Assembly (NCBI RefSeq): GCF_009914755.1
Contig: NC_060948.1
Reading direction: 5' to 3' (one strand)
Origin: the human T2T-CHM13v2.0 reference genome, Homo sapiens
DNA length: 64,000 bases
In this document: positions 62,301 through 64,000 of the stretch, piece by piece
Layout: every line of letters starts with the position of its first letter
How positions within the stretch are numbered: position 1 is the stretch's first letter
Program-made: the position numbers and the translations under genes
Notes under the pieces: model-generated
Seen by the model: only the letters and a program-made list of their open reading frames with translations
Told to the model about the DNA's origin: nothing
Databases searched by the model: none

Positions 62301-64000
62301 ATAGAATGGACACGAATGCTCAAATTGAATGGACTCGAATGGAATGGAAATGAAAGGAATGTCATCGAATGCAATTCAATCGATTGGAATGAAATCGCAT
62401 AGGATGGAGTGGAATCAAATGGAATTGAATCGAAAGGAAAAGAAGCGAATTGACTGAAATGAAATGGAATGGAATTGAATGGAAAGTAATGCAACGGAAT
62501 AGAATGGATTGAAATTTCACGGAATGGAATCAAACTGAATGGAATCAAATCAATGGAATATAATCAAATGGAATGGAAAGGAATTGAATGGAGTAGATTG
62601 TATTGGATGGGATTGGAATGAAATGTACTGGGAAGGACTCGAATTTCATGAAACGGAATGGAATGTATTAGAAAGGAATGGACTCGAATGGAATTGAATG
62701 TCACGGAATGGCATCAAATGGAATGGCATCAATTGGAATGGAATCGAATGCAATGGAATGCTATGGAATGGAATGGAATGCATTGGAATGGAATGTCCTC
62801 TAATGGAATGGATTCGAGTGGAATGGAATCGAATATAATGGAGTCTAATGAAATGGAATTGAAAGGAATGGGATCCAATACAATGGAATATACTGGAATG
62901 TAATGTAATGAACTCGAATGTAATTGACTGGAATGGAATGTACATGAGTGGAATGTAATCGAATGGAAAGTAATCCAATGGAATAGAATCTAATGCAATA
63001 AAATCGACTCAAATAGAGTAGAATGTAATGGAATGGAGTGCAGTGCAATGGAATGGAATGGAATGGGATGGAATGGTATGGAATGGATAGTAATGGACTG
63101 GAGTGAAATGGACTGGAAAATAATGGACTCAAATTGAAAGGGCTCGAAAGGAATGGAGTCAAATGGAATGGTCTGGAATGGAATGAACACGAATGTAATG
63201 CAATCCAATAGAATGGAATCGAATGGCATGGAATATAAAGAAATGGAATCGAAGAGAATGGAAACAAATGGAATGGAATTGAATGGAATGGAATTGAATG
63301 GAATGGGAACGAATGGAGTGAAATTGTATGCAGTAGAAGAGAATAGAATGGAATGCAAGCGAAAGGAAAGGAATGGATTGGAATGGAATGGAATTCATTG
63401 GAATGGAAGGGAATGTAGTGTAATGGACAGGCCTGGAATAAAGTGGAATGCTACGGTCTCGAATGGAATAAAAATGTATGGAATGGAATGCAATGAAACG
63501 GAATCGAATGTCATAGAAGTAATGGAATGCAAAAAAATGGACTCCAAAATCATTGACTGGAAAGGCTGGGTGTCGAAAGGAATTTACTCCAATGGAATGG
63601 AATCGAATGGAATGGAAGTGAATAGAATCGAACTAAATCGAACGGAATGGAATTGATAGGAACGGAATGGAAAGGAATGCAATGATTTCGCATGGAATGG
63701 AATCGAATGGCATCGAATGGAATGGAATGGAATGCAATGGAATGGAATGTATTAAAATGTAATGAACTTTAATGGAATGTACTCGAATGGATTCGACTGG
63801 AATGGAATGTTCTCGAAGTGAATGGACTCCAATGGAATGGATTCGAAAGGAATGGAATCTAATGGAATGGAATTAAATGGAAATGAATCAAATTGAATAG
63901 AACGGAATTGAATTGAATGGAATCGAATGCAATGGAATCTAATGAAACGGAAAGGAAAGGAATGGAATGGAATGGAATGGAATGGGCTGGAATGGAATGG

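Larger units (their letters stand above)
26768..64000 (+). repeat. DYZ1: DYZ1 / HSat3 satellite array, (GGAAT)n-derived ~3.5 kb unit, 10 units plus a partial one
   Basis: Diverged GGAAT pentamers on the + strand throughout. The landmark CAGGGAAT occurs at 26811, 29590, 33134, 36678, 40247, 43760, 47329, 50841, 54380, 57894 and 61408, giving periods 2779, 3544, 3544, 3569, 3513, 3569, 3512, 3539, 3514, 3514. A conserved EcoRI site (e.g. 31593) and HaeIII site (e.g. 31632) occur per full unit, as in the classical Y-specific 3.4-3.56 kb repeat. Confidence 0.95.

Noticed and set aside
26818-63656. Hundreds of ORFs (MEWNG.../FHSIP... up to 275 aa)
   Set aside because: They are direct translations of (GGAAT)n/(ATTCC)n, which has no stop codons in its pure form. 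They overlap in all frames, have no domain content, and open or close with random variants.
26768-64000. HSat2 assignment / DUX4 binding sites
   Set aside because: Runs of uninterrupted GGAAT dominate and the HSat2-type CATCATCGAATGG periodicity is absent. Only partial DUX4-like words (taatccaatgg, gaatcaaatca) were seen, with no full TAAYYYAATCA noticed.

Overview
This window is entirely satellite DNA and contains no credible genes. It reads as human Yq12 heterochromatin spanning a DYZ2-to-DYZ1 array boundary. Bases 1-26767 are a tandem array of ~2.42 kb DYZ2/HSat1B units, each with an HSATI-like segment, a ~1.55 kb AT-rich low-complexity segment and a minus-strand Alu. Bases 26768-64000 are a tandem array of ~3.5 kb DYZ1/HSat3 units built on diverged (GGAAT)n. 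All ORFs in the track are by-products of the repeats. The main structural observations are: (1) a base-sharp junction; (2) a diverged DYZ2 edge zone with an Alu-less 1287 bp unit and Alu copies closer to the ancestral Alu consensus; (3) a 680 bp-deleted first DYZ1 unit; (4) nascent higher-order repeats in both arrays (4839 bp DYZ2 dimer with a mappable crossover, 7082 bp DYZ1 dimer, recent 3514 bp duplication); (5) three perfect, conserved heat-shock elements (nGAAnnTTCnnGAAn) per DYZ1 unit; and (6) an Alu whose diagnostic bases look more AluSc than AluY. Family assignments come from recognition and manual comparison, not database searches.
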